NCBI RefSeq assembly: GCF_963921235.1
Contig: NC_086097.1
Location: forward strand, 103,914,001-103,978,000
Source: Mobula hypostoma
Taxonomy: Eukaryota
Length of the DNA stretch: 64,000 nt
Direction of reading: 5' to 3'
Below the pieces are notes generated by a model. The model searched no databases. It was not told the origin of the DNA and saw only the letters and a program-made list of their open reading frames with translations. Positions 48,445 through 61,600 of this stretch are shown in pieces. The position numbers and the translations under genes were made by a program. Within the stretch, counting starts at the first letter, position 1; each line of letters starts with the position of its first letter.

Positions 48445-50205
48445 CTCATATCCAGAATCAACTTAGTAAACTTCCTCTTCACCATCTCTAAAGCCAGTAT
48501 ATCTCTTCTCAAATCAGGAGATCAGGGCTGCATGCAGTCCTCCAGGGACAGTCTCATCAGTAATCCTGCAGAATTGCAGTATGACCTCCCTGCTCTTGAA
48601 TTCAATCTCTCCAGCAATGAAGGCCAACACTGCATTTGCACCTGCAAACCAATTCTTTGCAGTTCATGCACGAGCACTCCTAAGTCTCCTGACACTACAG
48701 TATGCTGCAATCTTTCACCATTTAAGAATCTAATCTTCTATTTTTCCTTCAGAAGTGGATAACCTTGCATTTACCAGCATTGTACTCTGCTAGATCTTTG
48801 CTCATTCACTTAACCTATCTCTATTTCTGCAGACTCTCTGCACAAATTGCTTTTCAATGCAGTTAGGTGTCATCAGCAAACTTGGGCACAATACACTTAC
48901 TCCCCTCTCCAAAGCTGTGACTTTTTTTAGCGTCTCACACCAGACAGTCAGCCATTCTTGTCCAGCGCGTGGTGTCAGGATGAACGTTCCTGACTCAACC
49001 CTTTTTTTTTAACAAGGCCGAGTGGCTAGATCGACGCTCAACCCGGCACGGATGGAAAGCATACTCGGGGCGGGGTGGCCCGACTTGGATTCGAACTCGG
49101 GACCCTTCGCTCTGGAGTCCAGCGCTGATGCCATTGCGCCACCAGCTGGCACAATATATATCATGAATGGTTGTAGGCCCAGCACGATCCCTGTGGCACT
49201 CTGCTCACCATTGATTGCCAACGAGAGAAACATCTATTTATCCCTGCCTTCTGTTGGTTAACTAATCATCTGTCTATGCTAATATATTACTCCTAACTCC
49301 ATCACCCTTATCTTATAGATAGTCTTTTACGCAGTACCTTATCGAACACCTTCTGGAAATCCAAGTAGACAACTACCACCTGTTCTCCTCTATCCATTGC
49401 GCTCAGTATAGTCAAACAAGGCCTACCCTTCATGAATCCATGGTGTCAGCCTGATGGAATCATTTCTGTCCTGATGTCTGGCAGTTTCTTTATTAGTGAT
49501 AGCTTCATGCATTTTCCCCAACTACAGACATTGAGCTAACTGACCTCTGGTTACCTACATCTTTTAAACAGTGGTATGATATTCACGGTCTTCTGATCCA
49601 CCAGGACCTGCCCAGAATCCAGCAATTTTTGTGAATTGTCATGAATGTATTATAATTTACACAATTTCTTTCAGTACCCTGGGATGCATACTAGGGGACT
49701 TGTCTATCTTTAGGCCCATTAGATTGCTCAGCACTACCTCTTTAGTGGTAATGATTGCATTGGAGTCCTCACCTCCCAACACATCCATAACTTTTCTCTT
49801 TGGTATGTTAGACATGTCTTCCACTGTGAAGATGAACGGAAAATAATTGTTCAAAGCCTTGACAATTCCTACATTATCTACTATTAATTCCTCATCTCAT
49901 CTTCTAAAGCATCTATGTTCATTTTAGCCACCCTTTTCAGATTTATATAATTATGAAATGCTTACTAGCTATCTGTTCCATATTTTATGCTCACTTTCAG
50001 AATCTATCTTTCCTCTTTTATTGCCTGATGGTTCTTTGTTACTTTTTAAAGCTTTTGCAGTCTTCCAGTTTCTCACTAATCTTGGCAAATCTGAATGTAT
50101 GAGGCCTTCCTCCACACTTCCTTAGTTACCCAAGGCTGGCTTCCTCCACACTTGCATTTCTACTTTTAACTGCAATATATCTTTTTGAGTGAGCGCAGTA
50201 AAAGA
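48445..50205 (-). mobile_element. CR1 ORF2 fragment, degenerate
   Basis: NNYF..FTVED, KSPSMHPRVLKEI, DFQKVFDKV, FADDT motifs on the minus strand. Confidence 0.75.
48915..49150 (-). mobile_element. tRNA-derived SINE
   Basis: Minus strand GCCAGCTGGTGGCGCAATGG (A box) ... GAGTTCGAATCC (B box), then a non-tRNA body, internal A9 and terminal A7; interrupts a CR1. Confidence 0.85.
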
Positions 50206-51044
50206 TCTCACAACAAGGTTCAACAAGATATGAGTGAATGAGATGGGTGTTTTAACAATTCTTTTCTTTCATCATCATCTCTAACAACAACGTTAAATGG
50301 CAGATTTACATTTAATTAACTGGCTGAATTTGCATTGCCCTGGCTCCTGTGTTTAAACTGGTCCCGTACCAGAATGGCCATCCCATTGTACCCTCATAGC
50401 CTATCTTGTACAGAACTCAATGGGAATATATAACAAGGCTGTCAATGTGGATATTCATTGGTGCCTTTAAGTAATGAACTAGATATATTTTGTTAGCTGA
50501 AAGTAGCTAGGATATATGGAACCAAGGTGCAGCCTCTTTGGGCCAAGTAGGCTAATTTTGCTTCTATGTCTCATGGTGATAGTTGCCTCTGGGCAGATTG
50601 AGTGGTGGAATGCATTGGAGGGGCCAAAAGGGGCCTGCTTTGACCTTGGAAAAACATTTGTCTTGGTAATCACTGCTTTACTTTCTGTATGTTGTTCAAT
50701 CTTCTCTACTCTGATGGTGATGATCGATTAGATGTTCAGTCAGGAGGCAACTGGACAGGAACAGTCTGAGTAAGATTGCTCTAGAAATATATTAACACTG
50801 AAAGACTTCATAGATGGAGTGGCTGAAATGCCCATTCAGCAGTCTAAATTGTATTCAACTTGAAGTCTTTAAAATTTCTGCCCCAGCTTTGCCATTTGAC
50901 ATGGCCAATCTTTAACCAAAGCAATCTACTGCAGTGTTTTTGGATTAACGTTACACTTACTTTATAGTTTAAAAAAAAAACTAAGTCTGTTCCACAACTT
51001 CTGGGCCCAAATTTTTGTTGCATTATTCCTACCCTGGTTTGACG

Positions 51045-51440
51045 TGCCAAGACGTAATACTTTGCATTTATCTGAACTGAAGGCCATTGCCAATCTTTGG
51101 CACACTTACCTGGCAGACCAAGACCTCCCTGTCATTTTTGAGAACCTTCTTCAGCGTTTATGACACCACCTATTTTAGTATCACCTGCAAACTTACTAAC
51201 GATGCATTGGACATTCTTATATAAATTCCAAACAACAATGGGCCCAGCATCAACCTATGAGGCATAGCACTAATTAGGGACCTTCAGTCTGAGAAACAAT
51301 CTCGCATGTCACTCTCTGCTTCCTACCGCTGGGCTAATTGTGAACCCAGTCAGCAGGTTCTCCCTGGATCCCATGAGATAACCTTCCAAACCAGCCTACC
51401 ACCTGGAATCTTGTTAAACGCCTTCACAATGTCGACTTCG
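51045..51440 (-). mobile_element. CR1 RT fragment, old
   Basis: SKFAGDTKIGG-like motif on the minus strand. Confidence 0.55.
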
Positions 51441-51758
51441 ACTAATAATCTTGTTTGTTTTCTATGTTCCCTGTTACATTTGCTTCTCCCCAATCCAACA
51501 GAGCTTCCTTAAATGTAGGGAATTTTGCATAATTGGAAGCACCATGTAGGAGCCAGGTATCTATTTTCTGTCTGTATTGTACTGTTTATTATGGGTAATT
51601 TGTCACGTGGGTTGGGACATGGTCAAAGCAAATGAGTATAGTTATGTATACACACTTTGCCTGACTTCAGTTTAGTCTAGTTGAGTTACAGCCAGGGGTA
51701 TTTTTTTTTGTTGACAGCTCTTAATACACTAACTTAGATTTATTTTGCTATGTTGTTA

Positions 51759-52340
51759 CGTAGCCCACTAGGCTTGCCCACACGTTCGTCTAGAGGAATC
51801 AGCTTTCGGTCCCGCCAAATAGAGCATTCGTTTGGGTGGATGCTGTATAATGTACCCCAGCACAAACTCACAATGCAAATATCAGATAATACACAATAAT
51901 CAATTAAATGATTACACTTTATAACTCTTATTTTGTTGTGTCGTTACTAGAGAATAAAATATAAAAGACGAAGGTGCCACTCTTATTAAAGGTAACAGTT
52001 CGTGCACACAAAAATCGCTGGAACTCACGCCTCCAGTGTTCCTCCTTAAATGACCTCCACCGAAACGCCTCCAACCTCTGGTCCCTCGAATTCCTGTAAA
52101 CTTCGTACGGTGATCACCGGGCTCGTCCTTCCTCTTCATTCGCCTCAACCGAAAGCCCGCGAACAAACGCGGATCCCAGACATACAAGATAGAATAACAT
52201 GTCTCCCATTGGTTAGTTCCCCATTAGCTGTAATTATAACCCAAACATCGCAGCTCCAGAGAAACCATTACATCAACAGTTAGCATTACCGAGAAGCCAT
52301 TTCATTAGCCTTAGCAGTTAACATTACTGAGAACCCTACA
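51759..52340 (-). mobile_element. Solo LTR, distantly related to 46256-46784
   Basis: cgtagccc...ccctaca ends; 4-bp TSD gtta (51755-51758, 52341-52344); shared blocks such as tggatgctg and ctttataa. Confidence 0.75.
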
Positions 52341-53556
52341 GTTACTTTTAATTTCAGTAGTTTTATTGCTACAAGATCATTTGTCTTTGCTGATTTCTCA
52401 ATAAAGGATCAAATATACTTTTTCCAACTTTGGGGCTTGGTTATTGTGGAAAGCGTATCATACAGTGTCAACCCCTGTGTTTAGTCTCTGAGCAGTTTTG
52501 GTTTGTTTTCAAGCAACTGCTACATTTTATCAACAAAAATAAGTAATACCAAAGAACACCAGTCCATGCCAAAGGATTACCTCGGACCTGTTGGCAAAAT
52601 TGGAATTGCAACACTGAGAAGCCAGATTAGTTTACAGCAAGTAAAGGACCTTTTAGTTGATCCATGCTGTTTGGAATGGACAGCGCTGCCTGTCCATTGG
52701 GGACCTTGGCGCGTTTGTGCGGTGTTTGCCTGAGGGTTCTTCACCTTGTTTTATCGAAGTGCCGACTTCCAGTTGCCAACGTTTGAATTTGAAGGCTGTT
52801 TTGTTTGGTCTGGTTTTAAGCACTTTAGATGTGTGGACAGTTTGATCGTTGACCGCATTTATGATTTGAATGCCCCTAGTACTGCGGGCAAACAAAGAGT
52901 TAACTGCAAGAGGTGCAAAAAGCAGCAAGTAACATAAGTGAGTCAAAGCATGGAACTGACCCTGGAATCAGGCCCGGCAATAGAGAAATTGAACTTAATT
53001 TGAAAGTTTTAGTGGGTAGAATGGAAAGTTTTCAAAAGGAATATAAGACCAATGTGAACAAAATTAAAGGTTTAATACCATTATCTAAGGATCTTCAAGG
53101 AAATAAGGAAAATGCCATACATGTGCAGTCTTATCTTGAGGAGCTGTTGCTCAGCAATATCATATGCTGCTGTTATGACTTTCCAAGGTTGAGCAAGTCA
53201 AACAAAATGAATATTTTTCAAACATTGGATGTCTTGGTAGTGCATCCAAGGGGGATTTAAACAATAATTGTCCCAAACATGTTCTATTGAAGATCACGTT
53301 GCTGCAGCAACTGAAAATGATTCTCAAATTCCTAAGCATGTTTTGACTATGCATAGAGCAGAGGACCCACAGGATGATTAAACTTGAGCGACAGTGTGTC
53401 AGATATTAGTACTCCAAGTACTGCTGCAGAGAGAGGGCATCTTCTGTATTTAATTCCAACTCTGCACGCATTCAGTTAGAGGCTGATGAAGCAGGAGCTG
53501 ATTTGGCTGCATTAATCACATGGCAACAAATACTGAAGGGCAATCATGCTCTAGAA

Positions 53557-53743
53557 CAGTGGTCCCCAACCTCCAGGCCGCGGACCGATAGCGGGCCGCG
53601 AAGCATGCAGGGGTGCAGCGGTAGCCGGAATGCACCCAGCACATCTTTAAGAAAAAAGCCGAAATAAACAAGCTAATTAATTAGGTGCCACCCAGCACGT
53701 AAATGTTGGCCGATTGCCGATTGGGTGGCACCTAATTAATTAA
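53557..53743 (+). mobile_element. hAT-Charlie MITE left arm with internal palindrome
   Basis: TIR cagtggtccccaacc after target ctctagaa; start similar to the 15237 element; right TIR not found. Confidence 0.7.
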
Positions 53744-54149
53744 CGCCACACACCTGCCTTCTCCCCATATCCTTTGATGTGCTGTCCAGTCAGGAAATTA
53801 CAACTTCTGCTTTACCCATGGACTTGGCCTCCACCACAGTCCCATGGTGTGGGTTCCTATATTGAAAAGGCAGAGAGAGAAACAAAAATACTCGATGTCA
53901 ATGTTGATTCATTTGTTCCTCTGGTGTTAGGATTACATGAACTTGATCCCCAAGAGGTAATTTACGGTATGTACCATCAGCCTGCACTAAGGAGGCACTC
54001 TGAACTCATGTCATATCCAAGGGGCTCATGGAAACATTCTTGTTTCAGATGATATAGGTCAAAATAGCATTATAGATATTATGAGGAAGTAAAATGAAAT
54101 AACCTTACTGGTACAACAGCAACACATTTCATCTTTGCCTATAAGAGAG

Positions 54150-54430
54150 CACAACTTCCTTTGCCTCCAAAGGGATCCTCAACTTCCCAGCTCTTTACTT
54201 CACCCTCCCACTCCTGGTTTCACCCATCACCTTCTGTTTCTCCCTCCCTCTCCCCACCTTTTAACTCTACTCCTCATCATTTTTTCACCAGTTCTTCTGA
54301 AGGGTGTCGGTCCAAAATGTCGACTGTTTATTTTTTTCCATAGATGCTGCCTGGCCTGCTGAGTTCCTCCAGCATTTTGTGTGTTGCTTGGATTTCCAGC
54401 ATCTGTAGAGTTTCTCTTGCTTGTGATTGG
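54150..54430 (+). mobile_element. Penelope-like terminal repeat/UTR fragment
   Basis: Homologous to 11040-11300 (aacttcccagctcttta ... tagatgctgcctggcctgctgagttcctccagcattttg). Confidence 0.8.
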
Positions 54431-54780
54431 ATAATGGAATTGATGGCTTTGTGGCAAAGTTTGCAGATCATACAAAGATAGGTGGAGGGGTATTTAGTGC
54501 TGAGGAAGCAATGCAATTGCAGCAGGACTTAGATTAGAAGATTGGGCAAAAGAATGGCAATATTGCAAAATGTATGACAAGGTATTTGGTAAAAGGAATA
54601 ATAGTGCAAACTACTATCTAAATGGGGAGAAGGTTCATACATTAGAGGTGCAGAGGGATTTAGGAGACCTTGTGCAAGACTCCTAGAAGGTTAATTTTCG
54701 GGTTGAGTTTGTAGGTAAATGCAATGTTGGCATTTATCTCAATGGGAATAGAATATAAAAGCAAAGAAATAATGCTGAGG
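54431..54780 (+). mobile_element. CR1 RT fragment
   Basis: GIDGFVAKFADHTKIGG...MLAFISMGIEYKS. Confidence 0.75.
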
Positions 54781-56240
54781 GTTAATGCTGCGCCAATCTT
54801 GCTCTTAGGAAATGCACAGAAGAGCATGAAGAACAGTTCAACCGCGAGATGGTGGATAAGATTTTGCATTGCTTCGATGTTGATGTCTGCCTCGTGTCTG
54901 AGGAAGAAGTGGTGTCTCTATCATGACCTTGTATCCATTTGTGTGAAAGGCGGCTTTTGACTCTCAAAGTGGATAAGCAACAGACATAGTGTGCTGATGT
55001 GATAGCAGAAGATCAAAGAGCAAAAGACATGAAGGTTTTGGATTTGGATCAGGATATACCTTTGGTGGAGGGAGTACTGGGTGTGCAATGGTGTATTCAG
55101 TCTGACACTTTCAAGTTTACGATCACGTTCCAAGATAGTCCACTCAACCTGCCTACTGGTGCACAGCACACACTTGCAGCTGCACAGTGCTTTTATCATG
55201 GGAAGTCTACAGTCACTTTCCATCCCTTGTCTGCAGCTCACCGGTCCTATGAAGGAAAGTTGTACGGACTCATCGTGGAGGACGGAGTTGTACATGCAGC
55301 TTCAGTTTTTTAGCACTTCGTTGCTGAAGTATATCAAGAATGAAACTTCCAGGTTTTGAACTTCCATTGCTAGTGGTTTCAGAAATTCTTAATGTCTCAC
55401 AAGCGTCTCAATGGAAGCATGTAAACATTTCAAGCAACCCAGCAGTTGTGGCCTCAAGAGGGTTGAAGGTGAAATCATTCCTGAAGAATGAGATATGGTG
55501 TCAGGGCCTCAGCATCTCCTTCGCCTGAGGAAATGGCCTGTGAATCCTGATTGTTCTGGAGAACTTCCGTTGGATGATCTGGAAGTCAAGAAGAGTGTTA
55601 CAATGAATGTTATGCAGATTGAAGAGGAGGTGGACATAGTAACACATTTCACTGCTCCTATATCTTGGTTTTATAGATTGGAGCCGAGAGAAAAAAAATA
55701 GATCAGCCATGATGAAATGGTGGAGCAGACCAGATGGGCAGAATGGCCTAGATTTTGCACTTATATCTTCTGGTCTTCTGGTCTTATAATCCATCACTTC
55801 TCACCATGAACCTGTTTGAGCAAGACATATTGATTTTATAATCCATCACTTCTCGTCTTAGACCTGTTTGAGCAAGACACTTGCCTGGATTCTCAAATTT
55901 ATGAATCTGATCTTGTTTCTTAGTCAGAAGAAGCAATTGAACATTACTCTTGCTCAGTCTGACTTGGGTGAAGAACAACAAGTGTATTCCTTGGAGAGAA
56001 AGATTGACAAGGCCAAAGGTCATATCAGCTGAGATTGTCTTTCAGTGGAGGAACTTGGTGGAGAAAGGCTAAAATGGAGATGATTGGGTTTTGCTGAATG
56101 AAGAAACTTCCAAGTGAACCTCCATTTACACTGTTTGGAGTGGACTAATTTGGATCTTTTAAGGTGAAGAGCAGGAGGACAGTGAAGAGGTATAGGGTCA
56201 TATTTACCTGTCCAGCTCTATGAGGTGTTCATATTGAAGT

Positions 56241-57595
56241 TGTTGTGTTTGTGCAACTACATATCAATTAAATAAAGGCAAGTACATGGGAGGTGGCTTT
56301 ACCTGTTGTTTTTACATCGCAGGAGGAGAGAGAGAGAGAGAGAGAGAGATCAGAGTGCATGTATAGACAACAGATCAATGAGTTATCAGTCCATACATAG
56401 CGCTAAGGGGAGTCATTGCTCTAAAAGAAATAGATCCCTACATTACACTTTCTCCCCCTTTAGATTAATGTAACATAAAAATTTCCTTTTAACAAACCAT
56501 AGTCAAATAAACATGCTTTCACAATAACACTCAATTAACTTTGCGATACTAAAGATTCAGCCTTTTGGGTGTCACTCTTTCTTTCAGGGTAGCACCTTTG
56601 GACCTGTGAAATGGCATCAGGGTTGGCGGGTGTCTTGTCAAAGACAACTTTTTCTGTTGCAGGTGTCATGTTGCTGTTAGTGACACGATAATCACTAATA
56701 ATAATAGTAATAATAATAATAATAATTATCACGATAATAATAGGCTGTAATGTGCCCGTCTTGTTGGATGCCATCGACTGAGGTGTGTTCTTCACTGAGC
56801 AGCCAGTATCTGGTCCACATGATGCCTCCATGTCTGATCTCCAATATCCACTCTGTACATTGGTGGTCCAGTTCTTGCAGATATCCTACAGGGTGTCCTC
56901 CCTCTTGTCTTCTCGGTAATCACGTGCTAGGACTACCTGTCCAATCTCGAAGCTCCTTGCTGCGTCACTTGGCAACCGGCTGAACTGTTTATTCTGCAGA
57001 TCTGGTTTCAGGAGGTCCCTGTGAGAGCTCAGATTCCTGTTCATGGACAGTATTGCAGTTGTTTGATTTGTCATCGCATCAACAGAGTTCTGATACGTAA
57101 ACAGGAAATTGTCCACCTTGTGCTGTAGAGAAATGTCCTTCTAGTTAATGGACTTCTTGAAGGTTTGGATAAACATTTCAGTGAACTCATTCATTGCTGG
57201 GTGGCAAAGAGCTGACTTGAAATGTTTGATGCCATTTTTCTTCATGAACACTCTGAACTCTTCTGATGTGTATTGTGGTCTGTTGTCACTCACAATTTGT
57301 TCAGGTAGGCCATTTCTGGTGAAGATAGTCCTCAGAGCGGAGATGATCTTTACTGAGATGGTTGACTTTATTGGTATGACCTCTGACCACTAAGACTAAG
57401 CATCTACAGCAATCAGAAACATGGGGTCCATGAATGGCCCAGCAAAGTCGACATGCACTCTTTGTCATGCTGACAACGACCACTCCCATGGGTGTAACGG
57501 TGTCTGTGGGGCTACTGTTTTAACTTTGTGGCATTCCGAACAGCTTTTTGTCAAGTCTACAATCTGCTGTCTATTCCTGGCCACCACACGTAGCT
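56241..57595 (-). mobile_element. Gypsy 3' portion: integrase plus 3' LTR
   Basis: LTR 56241-56447 (TG..CA) with (GA)n; PPT ctttctccccctt; integrase LHPWEW, RVHVDFAGPF, GLPEQIVSDN. Confidence 0.85.
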
Positions 57596-58669
57596 CCATA
57601 GAACCATAGAACATTACAGCACAGAAACAGGCCTTTTGGCCCTTCTTGGCTGTGTCAAATCATTTTTCTGCCTAGTCCCACTGACCTGCACCTGGACCAT
57701 ATCCCTCCATACACCTCTCATCCATGTACCTGTCCAAGTTTTTCTTAAATGTTAAAAGTGAGCCCACATTTACCACTTCATCTGGCAGCTCATTCTACAC
57801 TCTCACCACTCTCTGCGTGAAGAAGCCCCCCCCCCAATGTTCCCTTTAAACTTTTCCCCCTTCACCCTTAACCCATGTCCTCTGGTTTTTTTCTCCCCTA
57901 GCCTCAGTGGAAAAAGCCTGCTTGCATTCACTCTATCTATACCCCTCATAATTTTATATACCTCTATCAAATCTCCCCTCATTCTTCTACGCTCCAGGGA
58001 ATAAAGTCCTAACCTATTCAACCTTTCTCTGTAACTGAGTTTCTCAAGTCCCGACAACATCCTTGTAAACCTTCTCTGCACTCTTTCAACCTTATTAATA
58101 TCCTTCCTGTAATTTGGTGACCAAAACTGCACACAATACTCCAAATTCAGCCTCACCAATGCCTTATACAACCTCACCATAACATTCCAACTCTTATACT
58201 CGATACTTTGATTTATAAAGGCCAATGCACCAAAAGCTCTCTTTATGACCCTATCTACCTGTGACGCCACTTTTAGGGAATTTTGTATCTGTATTCCCAG
58301 ATCCCTCTGTTCTACTGCACTCCTCAGTGCCTTACCATTTACCCTGTATGTTCTACCTTGGTTTGTCCTTCCAAAGTGCAATACCTCACACTTGTCTGTA
58401 TTAAACTCCATCTGCCATTTTTCAGCCCATTTTTCCAGCTGGTCCAAATCCCTCTGCAAGCTTTAAAAACATTCCTCACTGTCCACTACACCTCCAATCT
58501 TTGTATCATCAGCAAATTTGCTGATCCAATTTAGCACATTATCATCCAGATCATTGATATAGATGACAAATAACAATGGACCCAGCACTGATCTCTGTGG
58601 CACACCACTAGTCACAGGTCTCCACTTTGCGAAGCAATCCTACACTACCACTCTCTGGCTTCTTCCATT
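57596..58669 (-). mobile_element. CR1 3' part (target of the L1 insertion; resumes at 63228-63263)
   Basis: ORF 57803-58459 QRDLDQLEKWAEKWQMEFN...; SKFADDTK; tail at 57596-57640. Confidence 0.92.
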
Positions 58670-61600
58670 TTTTTATATATAATTTTTATTAAATTTTCAA
58701 AAAGAATACATGAAAAGATAAAATCTACCCCCCATCCCCTTAACCCTCCCCCCACCATATATAGTCCTACCTAAAAGAAAAAAAGAAAAAAAAAGAAGAG
58801 CCGCCTGGGTATTGGAAAGTTTCCACATGCTCCATGGGATTCAAAATAAATTTGGTATAATTATTCGTTACTTTCCCCAAGTAACCAAATTCTTTGTCGG
58901 AGCACTTAAATATGACATCCTATCTTTTGTAAATAAGGGCGCCAAATATTCAAGAATGTTACATAATTATCTCTTAAATTATAAGTAATTTTTTCAAGTG
59001 GAATAGAACTAGCCATTTCATTATTCCAACGATCCATACTTAAATACGAATCAGATTTCCAAGTAACTGCTATAGTCTTCTTAGCTACTGCCAATGCAAT
59101 TTTTATAAATTCTTTCTGATATTTATTCAATTTAAGTTTCGGTTTTATCCCTTCAATATCACCTAATAGAAATAATACAGGGTTATGTGGAAGTTGAATT
59201 CCAGTAATTTGTTCCAATAAGATTCTTAAATTTATCCAAAAGGGTTGAATTTTAAAACAAGACCAAGTAGAATGTAGAAAAGTACCAATTTCTTGATTAC
59301 ACCGAAAACATTTATCAGATATATTTGAATTTAATCTATTTATTTTTTGTGGTGTAATATATAATTGGTGTAAAAATTATATTGTACTAATCTAAGTCGA
59401 ACATTTATTGTATTTGTCATACTGTCCAGACAAAGTCTTGACCAATTTATTTCATCAATATTAATATTCAGATCTGTTTCCCATTTTTGCTTTGACTTAT
59501 GGGTTCCTTGTTTAATTGTCTGTTCTTGAATCAAATTATACATACAAGAAACAAATTTTTTAATTTTTCCTTTTTGAATTAAAATTTCAATTTCATTAGC
59601 TTTTGGCAAAAACATTGTTTGACCCAGCTTACCTATTAAGTAAGCCCTTAACTGAAAGTAACAAAAGAAAGTATTATTAGATATTTTATATTTATCCTTT
59701 AATTGTTCAAATGACATCAATATACCTCGCTCAAAACAATCTCCTATAAATTTAATCTCTTTTTGGTACCAATTATATAAAAGTTGATTGTCCATTGTAA
59801 AAGGAATAAATCTGTTTTGAAACAAAGGTCTCCTTGCTAATAGAGATTTCTGTGTTTCCTTATCAACATTTATCTTATTCCATAGATCAATCAAGTGTGT
59901 TAATATAGGAGATTCTTTCTTTTCCCGTATCCATTTAGATTCCTATTTATATATAAAATCTTCAGGTCTATTTTCTCCTATCTTGTCTAGTTCTATTTTA
60001 ATCCATGCTGGTTTTTGATCATCGAAAAAAGATGCAATAAATCTAAGTTGATTTGCTTTATAGTAATTTTTAAAGTTTGGAAGTTGTAACCCTCCTAACC
60101 TAAATTTACATGTCAGTTTTTCCAATGATATTCTTGACATTTTACCTTTCCAAAGAAATTTTCTCACAGATTTATTTAACTCTTGAAAAAATTTCTGTGG
60201 CAATTGTATTGGTAATGTTTGAAACAAATACTGTAATCTCGGAAATATATTCATTTTTACAACATTGACTCTACCTACTAATGTTATTGGTAGTATCATC
60301 CATTTGTCAAGATCTTCTTGAATTTTTTTCAATAGTGGTAAATAATTAAATTTATATAAATTCTTTACATCACTATCAAGTCTTATACCTAAATACTTTA
60401 TACCATTTACCGGCCATCTAAATTGGGTTACTAATCGACATTGACTATAATCTCCTTTAGTAAGAGGTAAAATTTCACTTTTATCCCAGTTTATTTTGTA
60501 ACCTGATACCTTCCCATATTCATCCAATCCAGAAGATAATTTATGTAACGAATGTTGTGGGTTTGTTAAATAGATCAAAACATCATCGGCAAAAAGATTA
60601 ATTTTATATTCCTCTTGGTTAACTCTAAAACCCATAATATCTGGATCCAATCTAATTAGTTCTGCTAATGGCTCTATCGCCAATACAAATAGAGCAGGTG
60701 ATAATGGACAACCTTGTCTAGTTGACCTTTTTAGCTGGAATGGTGTTGAAATTTGAGAGTTTGTCACTACTTTAGCTTTAGGGTTAGAATTTAAAGTTTT
60801 AATCCAATTTATAAAAGATGTTCCTAACCCATATTTTTCTAATACTTTAAATAAAAAATCCCATTCTAATCTATCAAATGCTTTTTCTGCATCCAAAGCT
60901 ACTACTATACTCTTCTCATCCCTTTTTTGTGCCAAATGAATTATACTGAGTAGCCGAGTTACATTATCTGCCAGTTGTCTATTTTTAATAAAACCTGTTT
61001 GATCCATATGTATTAATTTTGGTAAATATTTAGATAATCTATTCGATAAAATTTTTGCTATTATTTTATAATCCGTATTCAATAAAGAAATAGGCCTGTA
61101 TGATGTTGGTTTCATAGGATCTCTGTCCTTTTTTGGCAATACTATTACAATCGCTGTTGAAAAAGATTCTGGAAGTTTATGTATTTTTTCTGCTTGACGT
61201 ATCAGTTCCATAAAAAGAGGAAATAATAAATCTTTAAATTTTTTATAAAATTCAGGTGGAAAACCATCTTCTCCTGGAGATTTATTACTTTGAAGTGATC
61301 CTAAAGCTTCTTCAACTTCTTTTAATGTAAAAGGCATATCTAATCCCCTCTGTTCTTCCAAATTCAATTTTGGAAGAGAAACTTGTGACAAAAACCTTTC
61401 TATCTCATTAACATCGTTTTGGGATTCTGATTGATATAATTCAGAATAAAAATTTTTAAAGGTTTCATTTATTTCAAGAGGTTTATAAGATATTTTATTT
61501 GCCCTTGTTCTAATTGCATTTATTGTTTTAGAAGCTTGTTCTGTTTTCAACGGCCAGGCAAGAATTTTATGTGCTCTCTCACCTAACTCATAATACCTTT

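Larger units (their letters stand above)
51545..56240 (+). mobile_element. BEL/Pao LTR retrotransposon, heavily decayed and interrupted
   Basis: Putative 5' LTR 51545-52464 (TG..CA); gag coiled coil; RT (KGGF*LSKWISN, VLGVQWCIQSDTF); RNase H (WKHVNISSNPA..ASRG); integrase start (GVD*FGSFKVK..KRY.VIFTC). Confidence 0.8.

Noticed and set aside
48184..48762. 192-aa ORF as a novel protein
   Set aside because: Antisense to Tx1 and CR1 remnants.
49075..49150. tRNA gene (Trp-like)
   Set aside because: Acceptor and anticodon stems do not pair properly and the sequence continues into a SINE body with A-tails.
56697..56742. (AAT)n and nearby (GA)n tracts as functional repeats
   Set aside because: Ordinary microsatellites inside a decayed Gypsy element.
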